64,000 nt of DNA from Bacteroidota bacterium (GTDB lineage Bacteria; Bacteroidota; Ignavibacteria; UBA10030), in NCBI GenBank assembly GCA_049523215.1, contig JBEKNC010000010.1, positions 663 to 64,662 of the forward strand. The letters are read 5' to 3'. Below, one piece after another: positions 28,839 through 39,261 of this stretch. A program made the position numbers and the translations under genes. Position 1 is the stretch's first letter. Each line of letters opens with the position of its first letter. The notes beneath the pieces are model-generated. The model did not search any database. It was not told where the DNA came from and worked only from the letters and a program-made list of their open reading frames with translations.

Positions 28839-30470
28839 ATGGCAAAAACAAAAAAGTCTTTCAAGAAAGCCGGTAAAAAAAATGTTTCAAAACGCACACC
28901 GGCTTCTAAACTGAAACGTGTCGTCAAGGTCAAATCTTCTCCTAGAATGTCGCAATTCAAAGCAAGCATGCTGTCGCTCATGAGTGAGACTTCAACAAAT
29001 CTTCCGCCGGATGTGCGACGTGCACTTACCTGGGCTATTGAGCGTGAGACTCCGGGAAGTCAAGCAGCGCTCGCATTGCAGATGATGGCAGTCAATACTG
29101 ATATGGCATGCGATAATGAAGCGCCGATCTGTCAGGATACCGGTATGCCAACTTTCGAAATCAAGACGCCGGCCGGCACAAACCAGATCTTCATGCAGAA
29201 AGAAATAAAAGAAGCAATTGTTGAAGCAACAAAACTTGGCAAGCTGCGTCCGAATGCAGTTGATTCTCTTACAGGAAAGAACAGCGGTAACAATCTTGGA
29301 GAGGGTTGTCCGGTGATGCACTTTGAACAATGGGATGAAAAAGAAATCGAAATAAGACTTATCCTCAAAGGTGGCGGTTGTGAAAATAAAAACATTCAGT
29401 ATTCGCTACCATGCGAATTGCAGAATCTTGGCAGAGCCGACCGCACAATGGATGGAATTCGCAAATGTTTGCTTCACGCTGTCTGGCAAGCTCAGGGACA
29501 GGGGTGCAGTGTCGGTGCTCTCGGTGTCGCGATCGGCGGTGACCGTGCCTCCGGGTACCATTACGCAAAACAGCAACTCTTCCGAACTCTGGATGATATC
29601 AATCCAAATCCGGAACTTGCGAAACTGGAAGACTACGTTTTGCTGAATGCTAACAAGCTGAACATTGGCACAATGGGCTTTGGCGGACTGGCAACGCTTA
29701 TCGGTTGCAAGATCGCATCATATCATCGTTTGCCTGCGAGTTTTTTTGTATCAGTGGCATATAACTGCTGGGCTTATAGGCGGCTTGGTGTTATCCTTGA
29801 CGCAAAGACTGGAGCGATCAAACGCTGGCTCTACAAGGAAGATACTCCGGTGATGCGCATGGCAAAAGAGGAGAATTTGCCCTTAACGGGGAGAGAGATT
29901 TCTTTGACATTACCGCTCTCGGAAGAACATGTGCGCGCGCTGAAGGTTGGCGATGTTTTGTTGCTCAATGGTGTTATGCATATGGGACGAGACGTGTTGC
30001 ATCATCATTTGATGACACATGATTCACCGGTGAGCCTTGAAGGCGGCGTGATCTATCACTGCGGTCCGGTTGCATTGAAAAAGGGAAACAAGTGGTTGAT
30101 GAATGCTGCAGGCCCAACGACGAGCATACGTGAGGAACCGTATCAAGGAGAAATCATTCGGAAGTTCAATGTGCGAGCAGTGATCGGCAAAGGTGGAATG
30201 GGAACAAAAACACTTGCAGCGTTGAAAGATATTGGCGCTGTTTACTTAAGTGCCATTGGCGGTGCGGCACAATATTATGCAAAATGCATCGAAGAAGTGG
30301 AAGGAGTGGACTTTCTAGAGTTTGGAGTTCCGGAAGCGATGTGGCACATACGTGTGAACAACTTTCCTGTGATTGTCACAATGGATTCGAAGGGAAACAG
30401 TCTCCATGCAGATGTGGAGAAAGACTCGGCAACAGAACTTACAAAATTTTCAGATGCGGTAATATTTTGA
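28839..30470 (+). CDS. Class I Fe-S fumarate hydratase / tartrate dehydratase, fused alpha-beta
   Basis: PICQDTG, KGGGCEN, GPTTS.R, IGKGG. Confidence 0.9.
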   Translation: MAKTKKSFKKAGKKNVSKRTPASKLKRVVKVKSSPRMSQFKASMLSLMSETSTNLPPDVRRALTWAIERETPGSQAALALQMMAVNTDMACDNEAPICQDTGMPTFEIKTPAGTNQIFMQKEIKEAIVEATKLGKLRPNAVDSLTGKNSGNNLGEGCPVMHFEQWDEKEIEIRLILKGGGCENKNIQYSLPCELQNLGRADRTMDGIRKCLLHAVWQAQGQGCSVGALGVAIGGDRASGYHYAKQQLFRTLDDINPNPELAKLEDYVLLNANKLNIGTMGFGGLATLIGCKIASYHRLPASFFVSVAYNCWAYRRLGVILDAKTGAIKRWLYKEDTPVMRMAKEENLPLTGREISLTLPLSEEHVRALKVGDVLLLNGVMHMGRDVLHHHLMTHDSPVSLEGGVIYHCGPVALKKGNKWLMNAAGPTTSIREEPYQGEIIRKFNVRAVIGKGGMGTKTLAALKDIGAVYLSAIGGAAQYYAKCIEEVEGVDFLEFGVPEAMWHIRVNNFPVIVTMDSKGNSLHADVEKDSATELTKFSDAVIF

Positions 30471-30479
30471 GAACACAGT

Positions 30480-30767
30480 ATGACAGAAGATGAATATCGA
30501 AATAAGTGGAAAGAATCGGGTCCCATCAAGATCAGGATGATCGAGAAGCAAGGGAAGTGTAAGCACCAGTTGGGAGATACTTTCCAATACAAAACCCCAT
30601 ATGAGAGGCCGAATGAAGTCTGTTTTGCTCTGCTTCATGTACTCGATCTGTATACTTGGAGAGTGGCGCAAAGTTTTCCTTCTTGGGAAAAAGACGATGA
30701 AACCGTTTATCGAATCCATTGTCCATCTAAGCTCGGCACTGTATGGGAGATGAAAAAAGTGAAATAA
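30480..30767 (+). CDS. Small Cys-containing hypothetical protein (TIGR04076-like)
   Basis: GKC..QLGDTF, VC..., IHCP pattern. Confidence 0.55.
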   Translation: MTEDEYRNKWKESGPIKIRMIEKQGKCKHQLGDTFQYKTPYERPNEVCFALLHVLDLYTWRVAQSFPSWEKDDETVYRIHCPSKLGTVWEMKKVK

Positions 30768-30775
30768 AGCAAATT

Positions 30776-30862
30776 GTCATTCCCGAATGCTTTTTTCTGG
30801 AATCGAGGATAAGAGTGTCTGGACAATGATTACCAGCCTATCCGCCAAAGAGACGGCGGATG
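30776..30862. repeat. Degenerate REP-like palindromes
   Basis: GTCATTCCCGAATGC...GGAATC and ATCCGCC-N8-GGCGGAT in an intergenic gap. Confidence 0.4.
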
Positions 30863-30925
30863 CACAAAACGCAAAATCCATGTGTATGATTTTTCACATT
30901 TGCTTTTGTTATACAAGACAACAAA

Positions 30926-31414
30926 ATGTCAAAAGATGATTATCCCGTTACTCCGGCTATCCGTATTTTGCGTGAAAAGAAAATATCTTTCATTCCGCAT
31001 ATTTATAAATATGAAGAACACGGAGGCACAAGACTTACAGCAGAGATGATAGGCGTACCAGAGAATCTTGTTGTTAAGACATTAGTGATGGAAACCGATC
31101 AGAAAAAACCGCTGATCATTTTGATGCATGGAGACCGTGAGGTTTCAACAAAGCAGATGGCGCGAATCATAGGAGTGAAGCAGGTGACACCATGTGATGC
31201 CAGCACTGCCCAACGCTATACCGGTTATCAATTTGGCGGTACGAGTCCATTCGGTACACGGCATCCATTGCCTGTATATGTGGAAAAGACTATATTGGAT
31301 TTGCAAAAAATCTATATTAATGGAGGAAAGCGCGGCTTCATCATCGAAATCAATCCGCAAGATCTTCGCACTGCGTTTCAGATCATGGAAGTTGAAGCGG
31401 CTATCCTTCCTTAA
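30926..31414 (+). CDS. ybaK: Cys-tRNA(Pro) deacylase
   Basis: VVKTLV, GYQFGGTSPFG, INGGKRG. Confidence 0.92.
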   Translation: MSKDDYPVTPAIRILREKKISFIPHIYKYEEHGGTRLTAEMIGVPENLVVKTLVMETDQKKPLIILMHGDREVSTKQMARIIGVKQVTPCDASTAQRYTGYQFGGTSPFGTRHPLPVYVEKTILDLQKIYINGGKRGFIIEINPQDLRTAFQIMEVEAAILP

Positions 31415-31432
31415 TCATGAACAGGTGAACAT

Positions 31433-32674
31433 ATGGCATTAGGTACGATCGAATGGACTATTCAACTGCGATTTATTGTTGCTCTTGCGCTTGGTTTCCT
31501 TGTCGGCCTTGAGCGTGAAAGCATCAAGGTTGATCGGAAACTAATATTCGGCGGTGTCCGCACACACCCTATTATCAGTATGTTCGGATTTGGGTGCGCA
31601 TGGTTGTTTCAGGTTGGTGTGACATTCATGCTGCCAACAGGATTGTTGGCAATCGCCACACTCACAGGCATTGCTTATGTCGCCAAGATTCGATCTGATC
31701 GTTTCGGAACAACAAGTGAAGTCTCTGCTTTACTGACGTTTATCACAGGTGCATTGGCAATGCTGGTGGATGTTTGGATTGCTATGGCGATGGGCATTGT
31801 CAATACTATGCTGCTTTCAGAAAAAGCGATGCTCGAATCGTACGTGGAACGGTTGAGTAAAGTGGAATTTCTGGCGACGGTCAAATTTCTCTTGGTAACG
31901 CTTATTATTTTGCCGGTTTTACCGAATCAGGAGTTCACGCCTTTTCATATCAATCCAACAAAAGTATGGCAGATCGTTATCATTGTATCCACTCTCGGAT
32001 TTGTTGGATATTTATTGGAGAAAAAATTTGGTGCAAAAGTCGGATTGTGGTTGTCCGGAATTTTCGGCGGTATTGTCTCGAGTACAGCAGTAACACTTTC
32101 TGTTGGTAGGATGGCGCGGAGCAATCCTGCCCGAGGCAGCACTGCATTGCAGGCGGCGTTGCTTGCAAGCAGTGTGATGTATCTGCGTGTGATAGTGCTT
32201 ATCTGGTTTATCAATGGATCATTTCTCCCAAACCTTTGGTACCGTCTTGTTATCCTTGCAGGAGTTGGTGTGATTTTATCGCTCAGGATGTTTCGGAAAG
32301 AATTACCTACGGGAAAGTCAGAAGCACCAGAATTGCAGAACCCATTCGAGATTCGTCCTGCGATAGGGTTCGCGTTGTTATTTGTAATTCTCTCTGTTGT
32401 GACAGGATTTGTGAAATCCACGTTAGGTAGTTCAGGGTTGCTGGGTTTGTCAGCGCTTGTCGGCGTGTCGGATATTGATCCCTTCATTCTCTCGTTAGTT
32501 CAAGGATCGGATGGAACGATGCATATTTTTACCTCAGCAATTATTCTTGCGATGATGAGTAACACGATTGCAAAAGCAATATATTTCGGAAGCCTTTCTC
32601 CGACAACAAGAAAAGAGACTGCATTGAAGTTTTCTATTTTCGCGATGGTGCATGTTCCTTTTATTATTTGGTAA
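31433..32674 (+). CDS. MgtC/SapB family membrane protein with DUF4010
   Basis: GFLVGLERE..GVRTH, GGIVSSTAVT, many TM helices. Confidence 0.85.
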   Translation: MALGTIEWTIQLRFIVALALGFLVGLERESIKVDRKLIFGGVRTHPIISMFGFGCAWLFQVGVTFMLPTGLLAIATLTGIAYVAKIRSDRFGTTSEVSALLTFITGALAMLVDVWIAMAMGIVNTMLLSEKAMLESYVERLSKVEFLATVKFLLVTLIILPVLPNQEFTPFHINPTKVWQIVIIVSTLGFVGYLLEKKFGAKVGLWLSGIFGGIVSSTAVTLSVGRMARSNPARGSTALQAALLASSVMYLRVIVLIWFINGSFLPNLWYRLVILAGVGVILSLRMFRKELPTGKSEAPELQNPFEIRPAIGFALLFVILSVVTGFVKSTLGSSGLLGLSALVGVSDIDPFILSLVQGSDGTMHIFTSAIILAMMSNTIAKAIYFGSLSPTTRKETALKFSIFAMVHVPFIIW

Positions 32675-32715
32675 GTTCCATGGAGACGATTTAAGAAATG
32701 GAGTGAGGAAAATCT

Positions 32716-33795
32716 ATGAGAAGTTATATTATTCTGAAATGGAGTATTCTCTCTCTCAGTATGCTGCTTTCGTTGTCTTGTTCTTCAACGTCCTATCGAG
32801 AAATATATCCTATACTGGCAGACGGAAAGTATGATTCCGAGTTTCCGTATCGCGGATGTTCCGCACAACTCGAGAAGATTTCAGAATCTGTTCGGATGAT
32901 AAGCTGTATCGCATATTATAAGAGTTATATTTTTTCACCGGAAGCGAAAATTCGTCTCAGTAATCTCCAATATCCACTACTGAAGGAGAAGGCGATCAAA
33001 GAAGTATTCTTGAACAGAACATCATCAGGAAGCGCGACAACAATTTACTCTGAGAATAAACGGATAGCATTGCTCACATGTGCGCACGTTGTCGACTTTT
33101 CGGATACGATCATTACGTACTATCGTGGAGAAAATAGAAAGGAAACTGAATTTATTCAAAGCCTTGCTGTGAAAGACCGTCAGTCAAACTATGTGGCATC
33201 CATTCAGGGTGCGCGCGATCTTGAGGTATTAGCTATTGACAAGGGAAGTGACTTGGCTGTTGTTGGGCAGAGGATGTATGAGCAGTCGGCTCAAAATGTT
33301 ACGGTATTCAATTATCCATTCGGCAAAGCCAAAGAGCTTGAATGGGGAACATTTGTGTACCTGTTTGGTTATCCGGCCGGATATCAAATGATTACCAAAG
33401 GAATTGTCAGCAGTCCTAATCGAGATAAGCATGGTTCATTTCTTACTGATGCAGTGTCTAATAGGGGTTTCAGCGGTGGAATCGTGCTTGCCATTCGTGA
33501 CGGTGTTCCAAATTTTGAACTAGTTGGCATGGCAACACTCGTACCGGCACGTCAACAATATTTTATGACTCCGTTCAAGGAAGGAGAAATCTTCGATTTT
33601 GAGCTGGATGCACCTTTCAAGGGGGATGTCTATGTTGAGAGCCGCAGTGATATTATTTATGGCATAGCTCCGGCGATTTCTTCAGAATTAATTGTAGATT
33701 TTCTAGAAAAAAATCAACAACAGCTCCAAGAGAAAGGGTACGATATACGTTCATTTCTTGAACGCAAACCCACACTCAAACAAGAACCTCGATGA
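32716..33795 (+). CDS. Trypsin-like serine protease lipoprotein
   Basis: Lipobox LSC, LLTCAHVV, SDLAV, NRGFSGG triad motifs. Confidence 0.75.
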   Translation: MRSYIILKWSILSLSMLLSLSCSSTSYREIYPILADGKYDSEFPYRGCSAQLEKISESVRMISCIAYYKSYIFSPEAKIRLSNLQYPLLKEKAIKEVFLNRTSSGSATTIYSENKRIALLTCAHVVDFSDTIITYYRGENRKETEFIQSLAVKDRQSNYVASIQGARDLEVLAIDKGSDLAVVGQRMYEQSAQNVTVFNYPFGKAKELEWGTFVYLFGYPAGYQMITKGIVSSPNRDKHGSFLTDAVSNRGFSGGIVLAIRDGVPNFELVGMATLVPARQQYFMTPFKEGEIFDFELDAPFKGDVYVESRSDIIYGIAPAISSELIVDFLEKNQQQLQEKGYDIRSFLERKPTLKQEPR

Positions 33796-33909
33796 ATCTT
33801 AGTGAGTATATTGATGAGAGAAATAGTCTAAACATCTTTCTCCCATCGAGAACTTTTCCTTACAGCTACCGTAATACTATGCATTGGCAAAAGATCGGTA
33901 ATCAATATT

Positions 33910-35037
33910 ATGGTTTCTCGAATGACTCGTTTCTTCCATAATCTGCGTGATATCCTCACCCGCGATTTGACATGGAATGACCTAAATAAGTCTCTCAGCG
34001 AAGATATGCGCGGAATGTACAAATTTTACGCGGGGAACATGAAGTCTGTTGAGGAAAATCCGAACAGAATCAAGCGATCGGTCAAGCTTCTGTGGCTTCT
34101 CTTTATCGCTTTCCTCATGAAACTCACACCGCCCAGACGATTGATGTATGCAATCGCTTTGGTCTTTATTTTTGTTGCAGCTTCTCAAGAGAAAATAACA
34201 TCCGCAATCTATTCTTTTATTATCGTTAGCATTCTCCTGGCGATGGAACTTGCCGAAAAGTTGGTTACAAAGGATGAGCTAAGCGTGGCACGAGACATTC
34301 AATTGAGTCTTCAACCGATCAGCATTGCAACGCTTCCAGGATATGAGCTTGCCGCACACAGCGAAGTAGCGAAAGAGGTCGGTGGCGACTATTACGATAT
34401 ACTCACTTTGCCGGATGGCAGCACACTCATTGTTATTGGTGATGTTTCTGGAAAAGGTATTTCCTCGGCGCTCTATGTTGTGAAGATGCAGACTGCGCTT
34501 CAATTGTTTGCAACTGAGACAAGTGACTTGCGAGAATTGCTCATCCGCCTCAATTCGCATATGTACGGTCAACTGAAACGAAACTATTTCCTTTCGCTTT
34601 TCTTGGTTAAGCTTCACTCCGATGGAAAAATAGAACTCTGCCGTGCAGGTCATCCACCGGCGTTACTCTACAGTACAGTAGAAAAAAGTGTCTCGTGGCT
34701 GAGGCCGAATGGTTTTGCTGTTGGATTGGCAGCTTCGTCGAATGGCGATGCATCAACAGACCAGAAAATAAACGCCGATTTCGGATGTTCACTTGAAACC
34801 AAGGCTCTTCGACTGCAACAAGGCGATGTCCTGTTTCTCTTCACCGATGGTGTAAGTGAATCAGTGAATGCAGACGGAAAGGAATATGGGCAAGAAAGAA
34901 TTGCCGGGTTGATAAAAACATTCAACAGCGAAACTGTCGAAAAACTCCGAGAACGCATCAATAATGAACTAGTCTGTTTTCGTGCAGGGACAGAGTTGAG
35001 AGATGATACTACCTTTGTGTTGTTGAAGCGTTCTTAG
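33910..35037 (+). CDS. PP2C/SpoIIE (RsbU-like) phosphatase, membrane anchored
   Basis: EVGGDYYD, GDVSGKG, RAGH, FTDG, DDTT. Confidence 0.9.
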   Translation: MVSRMTRFFHNLRDILTRDLTWNDLNKSLSEDMRGMYKFYAGNMKSVEENPNRIKRSVKLLWLLFIAFLMKLTPPRRLMYAIALVFIFVAASQEKITSAIYSFIIVSILLAMELAEKLVTKDELSVARDIQLSLQPISIATLPGYELAAHSEVAKEVGGDYYDILTLPDGSTLIVIGDVSGKGISSALYVVKMQTALQLFATETSDLRELLIRLNSHMYGQLKRNYFLSLFLVKLHSDGKIELCRAGHPPALLYSTVEKSVSWLRPNGFAVGLAASSNGDASTDQKINADFGCSLETKALRLQQGDVLFLFTDGVSESVNADGKEYGQERIAGLIKTFNSETVEKLRERINNELVCFRAGTELRDDTTFVLLKRS

Positions 35038-35041
35038 AAAA

Positions 35042-35779
35042 TCATCGGTTCTTCTTTTTGATGGAAAAATCATTTGCAGAGCTGTGTACCGCAAGCAAAT
35101 CGCTGACCTTTATAAAAACAAACCCCTTGCGTCGAAGCGATTGGATGATCTCAGGCAGCGCTTCCGCGGTATGCCAGCCGCGTCCATTCACATGCATCAC
35201 AATGATGGAACCATTCCGTGCATGAGAAACAACGTACCGAATAAGACGCTCTCGCGAAATTGTAGAATCGGGATCACCGGAAGCGAGATCATACATTACT
35301 GTTACAAGACCAAGGTTCCGCGCGATATGGTTGATTCTTTCATCTGTCTCTACGTATGGAGGACGAAATAAACGTGAAGAAGTTTTAGAAATTTTCTTTA
35401 ACAATGATTCTGCTCGTTGTAATTCATGCTGAACACTGTCGTCTGAAATATTCATGCAATGAGGATGTGAATAGCTATGGTTCCCTAATTCAAAGTTCGG
35501 TACGGATGCGAGCATTTTTGCTTCCCGCCGATGTTTCAAGATCCACTTTCCACTCAAGAAAAATGTCGCCGGTACACCGGAATCGACAAGTGTTTGGACG
35601 ATGCTTGAATCAAATCCGCCGTGTGTGGAAGAAGGACAAGCGTCAAATGTCAACGCAATCTTCTTCTCAGTTCTCGAACCATGGAACAGGGCAAGTGTGT
35701 CTGTTTGCTCGGACTGTAGAAGAGCACTGCTGAAAAGAAAGAGAATTTGAACTATGGTCATCGTTTCTATAGGATTCAT
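35042..35779 (-). CDS. Polysaccharide deacetylase (NodB/CE4)
   Basis: ALTFD, GNHSYSHP, LFRPPY, IIVMH. Confidence 0.9.
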   Translation of the reverse strand: MNPIETMTIVQILFLFSSALLQSEQTDTLALFHGSRTEKKIALTFDACPSSTHGGFDSSIVQTLVDSGVPATFFLSGKWILKHRREAKMLASVPNFELGNHSYSHPHCMNISDDSVQHELQRAESLLKKISKTSSRLFRPPYVETDERINHIARNLGLVTVMYDLASGDPDSTISRERLIRYVVSHARNGSIIVMHVNGRGWHTAEALPEIIQSLRRKGFVFIKVSDLLAVHSSANDFSIKKKNR

Positions 35780-35789
35780 CAGTCGATAT

Positions 35790-35817
35790 AAAAAAGCCTC
35801 TCGGAAATCGAAAGGCT
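35790..35817 (-). terminator. Terminator between small basic ORF and deacetylase
   Basis: AGCCT..AGGCT stem plus T6 on minus strand. Confidence 0.7.
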
Positions 35818-35844
35818 AAGTGTAAATTCATTTTGCATTTGAAT

Positions 35845-36018
35845 TCAATGGAATGAATGCCCTCCTCGAACGTGACCGGCGTTAACGCTTAGGATAATGC
35901 GTTGTCGCCTTGTACTTTGGTCTTTGAACCTTGACTTCAGAACACTGGTTCCAATTTTTCTTTGTATCGTTTTATTCGTTCTGAGCTCCTTTGACAGCGG
36001 GACGTTAGCAGGTTTCAT
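35845..36018 (-). CDS. 57-aa basic small protein of unknown function
   Basis: SD AAGGAGG 5 nt before ATG, consensus promoter upstream, terminator downstream. Confidence 0.7.
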   Translation of the reverse strand: MKPANVPLSKELRTNKTIQRKIGTSVLKSRFKDQSTRRQRIILSVNAGHVRGGHSFH

Positions 36019-36077
36019 AAGATCCTCCTTACGTTGGTTGATAAAAGAACTAACTACAGAATTTAATGCTCTGAAAG

Positions 36078-36106
36078 ATGATACAGAGTAACCTCTCAAT
36101 TGTCAA
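36078..36106 (-). promoter_or_regulatory. Promoter for the small basic ORF
   Basis: TTGACA-N17-TATCAT with TG extension. Confidence 0.8.
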
Positions 36107-36128
36107 GTGTCTGTGCCACAAAATCCTG

Positions 36129-36157
36129 TTGCTCTGCGGGGACTTTTTATCTATATT
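36129..36157 (+). promoter_or_regulatory. Promoter of the nested tRNA unit
   Basis: TTGCTC-N17-TATATT. Confidence 0.7.
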
Positions 36158-36177
36158 TCAATATGTTCCGTGTAAAT

Positions 36178-36354
36178 GCTGAAGTAGCTCAGTGGTAGAG
36201 CAGTCCCGATAATTTCATGCTGGTGTAGCTCAGTGGTAGAGCAGCGGTTTCGTAAACCGCAGGTCGTCGGTTCAAGTCCGACCACCAGCTCAGAAAGACA
36301 ATGGAAATTATCGGGATAAACCGCAGGTCGTGGGTTCAACTCCCACCTTCAGCT
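36178..36354 (+). other. Outer anticodon-less tRNA-Thr shell enclosing an intact tRNA-Thr
   Basis: 5' half 36178-36203 (acceptor plus D arm), 3' half 36317-36354 (variable, T arm, acceptor); 13-bp IR arms 36204-36216 and 36304-36316. Confidence 0.85.
36219..36290 (+). tRNA. tRNA-Thr(CGT)
   Basis: Complete cloverleaf: GCTGGTG/CACCAGC, GCTC/GAGC, GCGGT-TTCGTAA-ACCGC, GTCGG-TTCAAGT-CCGAC; CCA not encoded. Confidence 0.96.
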
Positions 36355-36375
36355 CAGAAGACAGTTTTCGTGTTT

Positions 36376-36400
36376 AATCCGCCATTGTGCGGATTTTTTT
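36376..36400 (+). terminator. Terminator of the tRNA unit
   Basis: AATCCGC / GCGGATT plus T run. Confidence 0.8.
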
Positions 36401-36428
36401 ATCTTTTACTGTTAACAGAAGATAAATA

Positions 36429-36992
36429 ATGTCATTTCTTGAAGTTTTTCTCATTGCACTCGTTTTAGCTTCGGATGCATTTGCAATTTCCATGAGTGCA
36501 GGATCAACTGGTGTAACGACAGAACCGCGAGCAATGCTGCGGTTGTCCTTTCATTTTGGACTTTTCCAATTTTTAATGCCTGTTCTTGGCTGGCTTGCAG
36601 GTTTAAGCATTGAACCCTATATCCAGTCATTCGATCACTGGATTGCGTTCGGACTACTTCTGTGGGTTGCTGTGCACATGATTCGATCTGCCCAAGCTGG
36701 TAACGAACGTGCAGTCCAACAGGATCCGAGCCGGGGAATGATGCTGGTTATTCTCTCTGTTGCGACAAGTTTGGATGCGTTAGCGATTGGATTGAGTTTG
36801 GCGCTATCGCAAGTATCCATCTGGTATCCTGCTGTTGTTATCGGTATCGTTACAGGCGTTGTGTCATTTATCGGCATTTTACTTGGTCGGCAGTTTTCCA
36901 AGAAAATTGGTAAGCGAGCGGCTGTAGCGGGAGGCGTTCTACTCGTTCTCATAGCCATCAGGATCCTTTTGGTTCACCTTCTTCCTCTTTAA
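36429..36992 (+). CDS. mntP: Manganese efflux pump MntP
   Basis: Duplicated DAFA / SLDALA motifs, FGLFQFLMP. Confidence 0.9.
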   Translation: MSFLEVFLIALVLASDAFAISMSAGSTGVTTEPRAMLRLSFHFGLFQFLMPVLGWLAGLSIEPYIQSFDHWIAFGLLLWVAVHMIRSAQAGNERAVQQDPSRGMMLVILSVATSLDALAIGLSLALSQVSIWYPAVVIGIVTGVVSFIGILLGRQFSKKIGKRAAVAGGVLLVLIAIRILLVHLLPL

Positions 36993-37084
36993 GAGTTGTC
37001 ACCCAAAGTGAATATGAAAAAATGATTGATTGTGGCGGCATCTTTTCATAATTTACTTAAGTTTGTAAAAATATTGTCCTCTGA

Positions 37085-38503
<1,419 letters not shown>

Positions 38504-38505
38504 GT

Positions 38506-38919
38506 ATGGCAGATAAAATTCTTGAATTGGAAATCGTGACTCCCCGGCGTGTTGTTTTTAAAGGTGAAGTGACAAGTTTTAGCGCTCCGGGTGTCGTAGG
38601 TGGATTTCAAGTGCTTTATAATCATGCACCATTGCTCTCATCGCTGAAGATCGGCGAGGTCAAGATCAAGGAAGTAAGTGGCAATGAATTCCATTATGCC
38701 ATTTCAGGCGGTTTTGTTGAAGTGCGAGAGAATCATATCCTTTTACTGGCTGAAACCGCAGAACGTACTGATGAAATCGATGCAGAACGAGCGAAAGCCT
38801 CTCGTGATCGTGCTCAGAAACGCATGGCGGAGAAAAAACCGGACATCGACTTTGAACGTGCACGGCTTGCGCTCTATCGTGCATTAAACCGTTTAAAGAT
38901 TGCAGGAGTGAATTCATAG
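38506..38919 (+). CDS. atpC: F1 ATP synthase epsilon subunit
   Basis: LEIVTP, HAPL, GGFVEV; follows atpD. Confidence 0.96.
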   Translation: MADKILELEIVTPRRVVFKGEVTSFSAPGVVGGFQVLYNHAPLLSSLKIGEVKIKEVSGNEFHYAISGGFVEVRENHILLLAETAERTDEIDAERAKASRDRAQKRMAEKKPDIDFERARLALYRALNRLKIAGVNS

Positions 38920-38969
38920 GGAAGTCCACTGTATGCCTTCAGTGGGTTTTGCGTTTCTGGAGGTATTCA

Positions 38970-38998
38970 TTGACAATCAAGGCGCGAAGGGTTATATT
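38970..38998 (+). promoter_or_regulatory. Promoter for the alr-remnant/manC/rlpA operon
   Basis: TTGACA-N17-TATATT. Confidence 0.8.
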
Positions 38999-39051
38999 CA
39001 TCCGAGTCGTTTTCTCATAAAGTCATTCATCATTTGAAGCAGCGTTCATAA

Positions 39052-39261
39052 GTGCAGAAAACCACTAATTCCACTATCGTAGTTGTTGACCTTGGTGCAA
39101 TCGCCTTTCATCTTCGCGATATTTGCAAACACATTAGATCAAAAGCAAAAATCATAATGGTGGAGTGCAGTATGATGTGCCCTTCCATATATTTATGCAT
39201 CCCTTATGAGAATTTTTGTGCAGTGCTATCTCGTGTTCCACGAATAAATAGGAATGTATGA
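39052..39261 (+). pseudogene. alr: Internally deleted alanine racemase remnant
   Basis: N part VDLGAIAFHLRDI..AKII resembles the Alr N-terminus; C part IPYENFCAVLSRVPRI resembles the Alr C-terminus; only 69 aa. Confidence 0.65.

Noticed and set aside
36178-36354. Group I/II or BHB-type tRNA intron, or tmRNA
   Set aside because: No intron core; 8 nt of the anticodon arm are missing so splicing cannot restore a tRNA; no tag ORF or pseudoknots, and the acceptor is Thr-like.
36219-36363. attL/attR of an integrated phage or island at tRNA-Thr
   Set aside because: No integrase or cargo between the repeats, and both 5' and 3' halves are duplicated.
36400-36429. yybP-ykoY manganese riboswitch before mntP
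   Set aside because: No room after the tRNA terminator and no motif seen.
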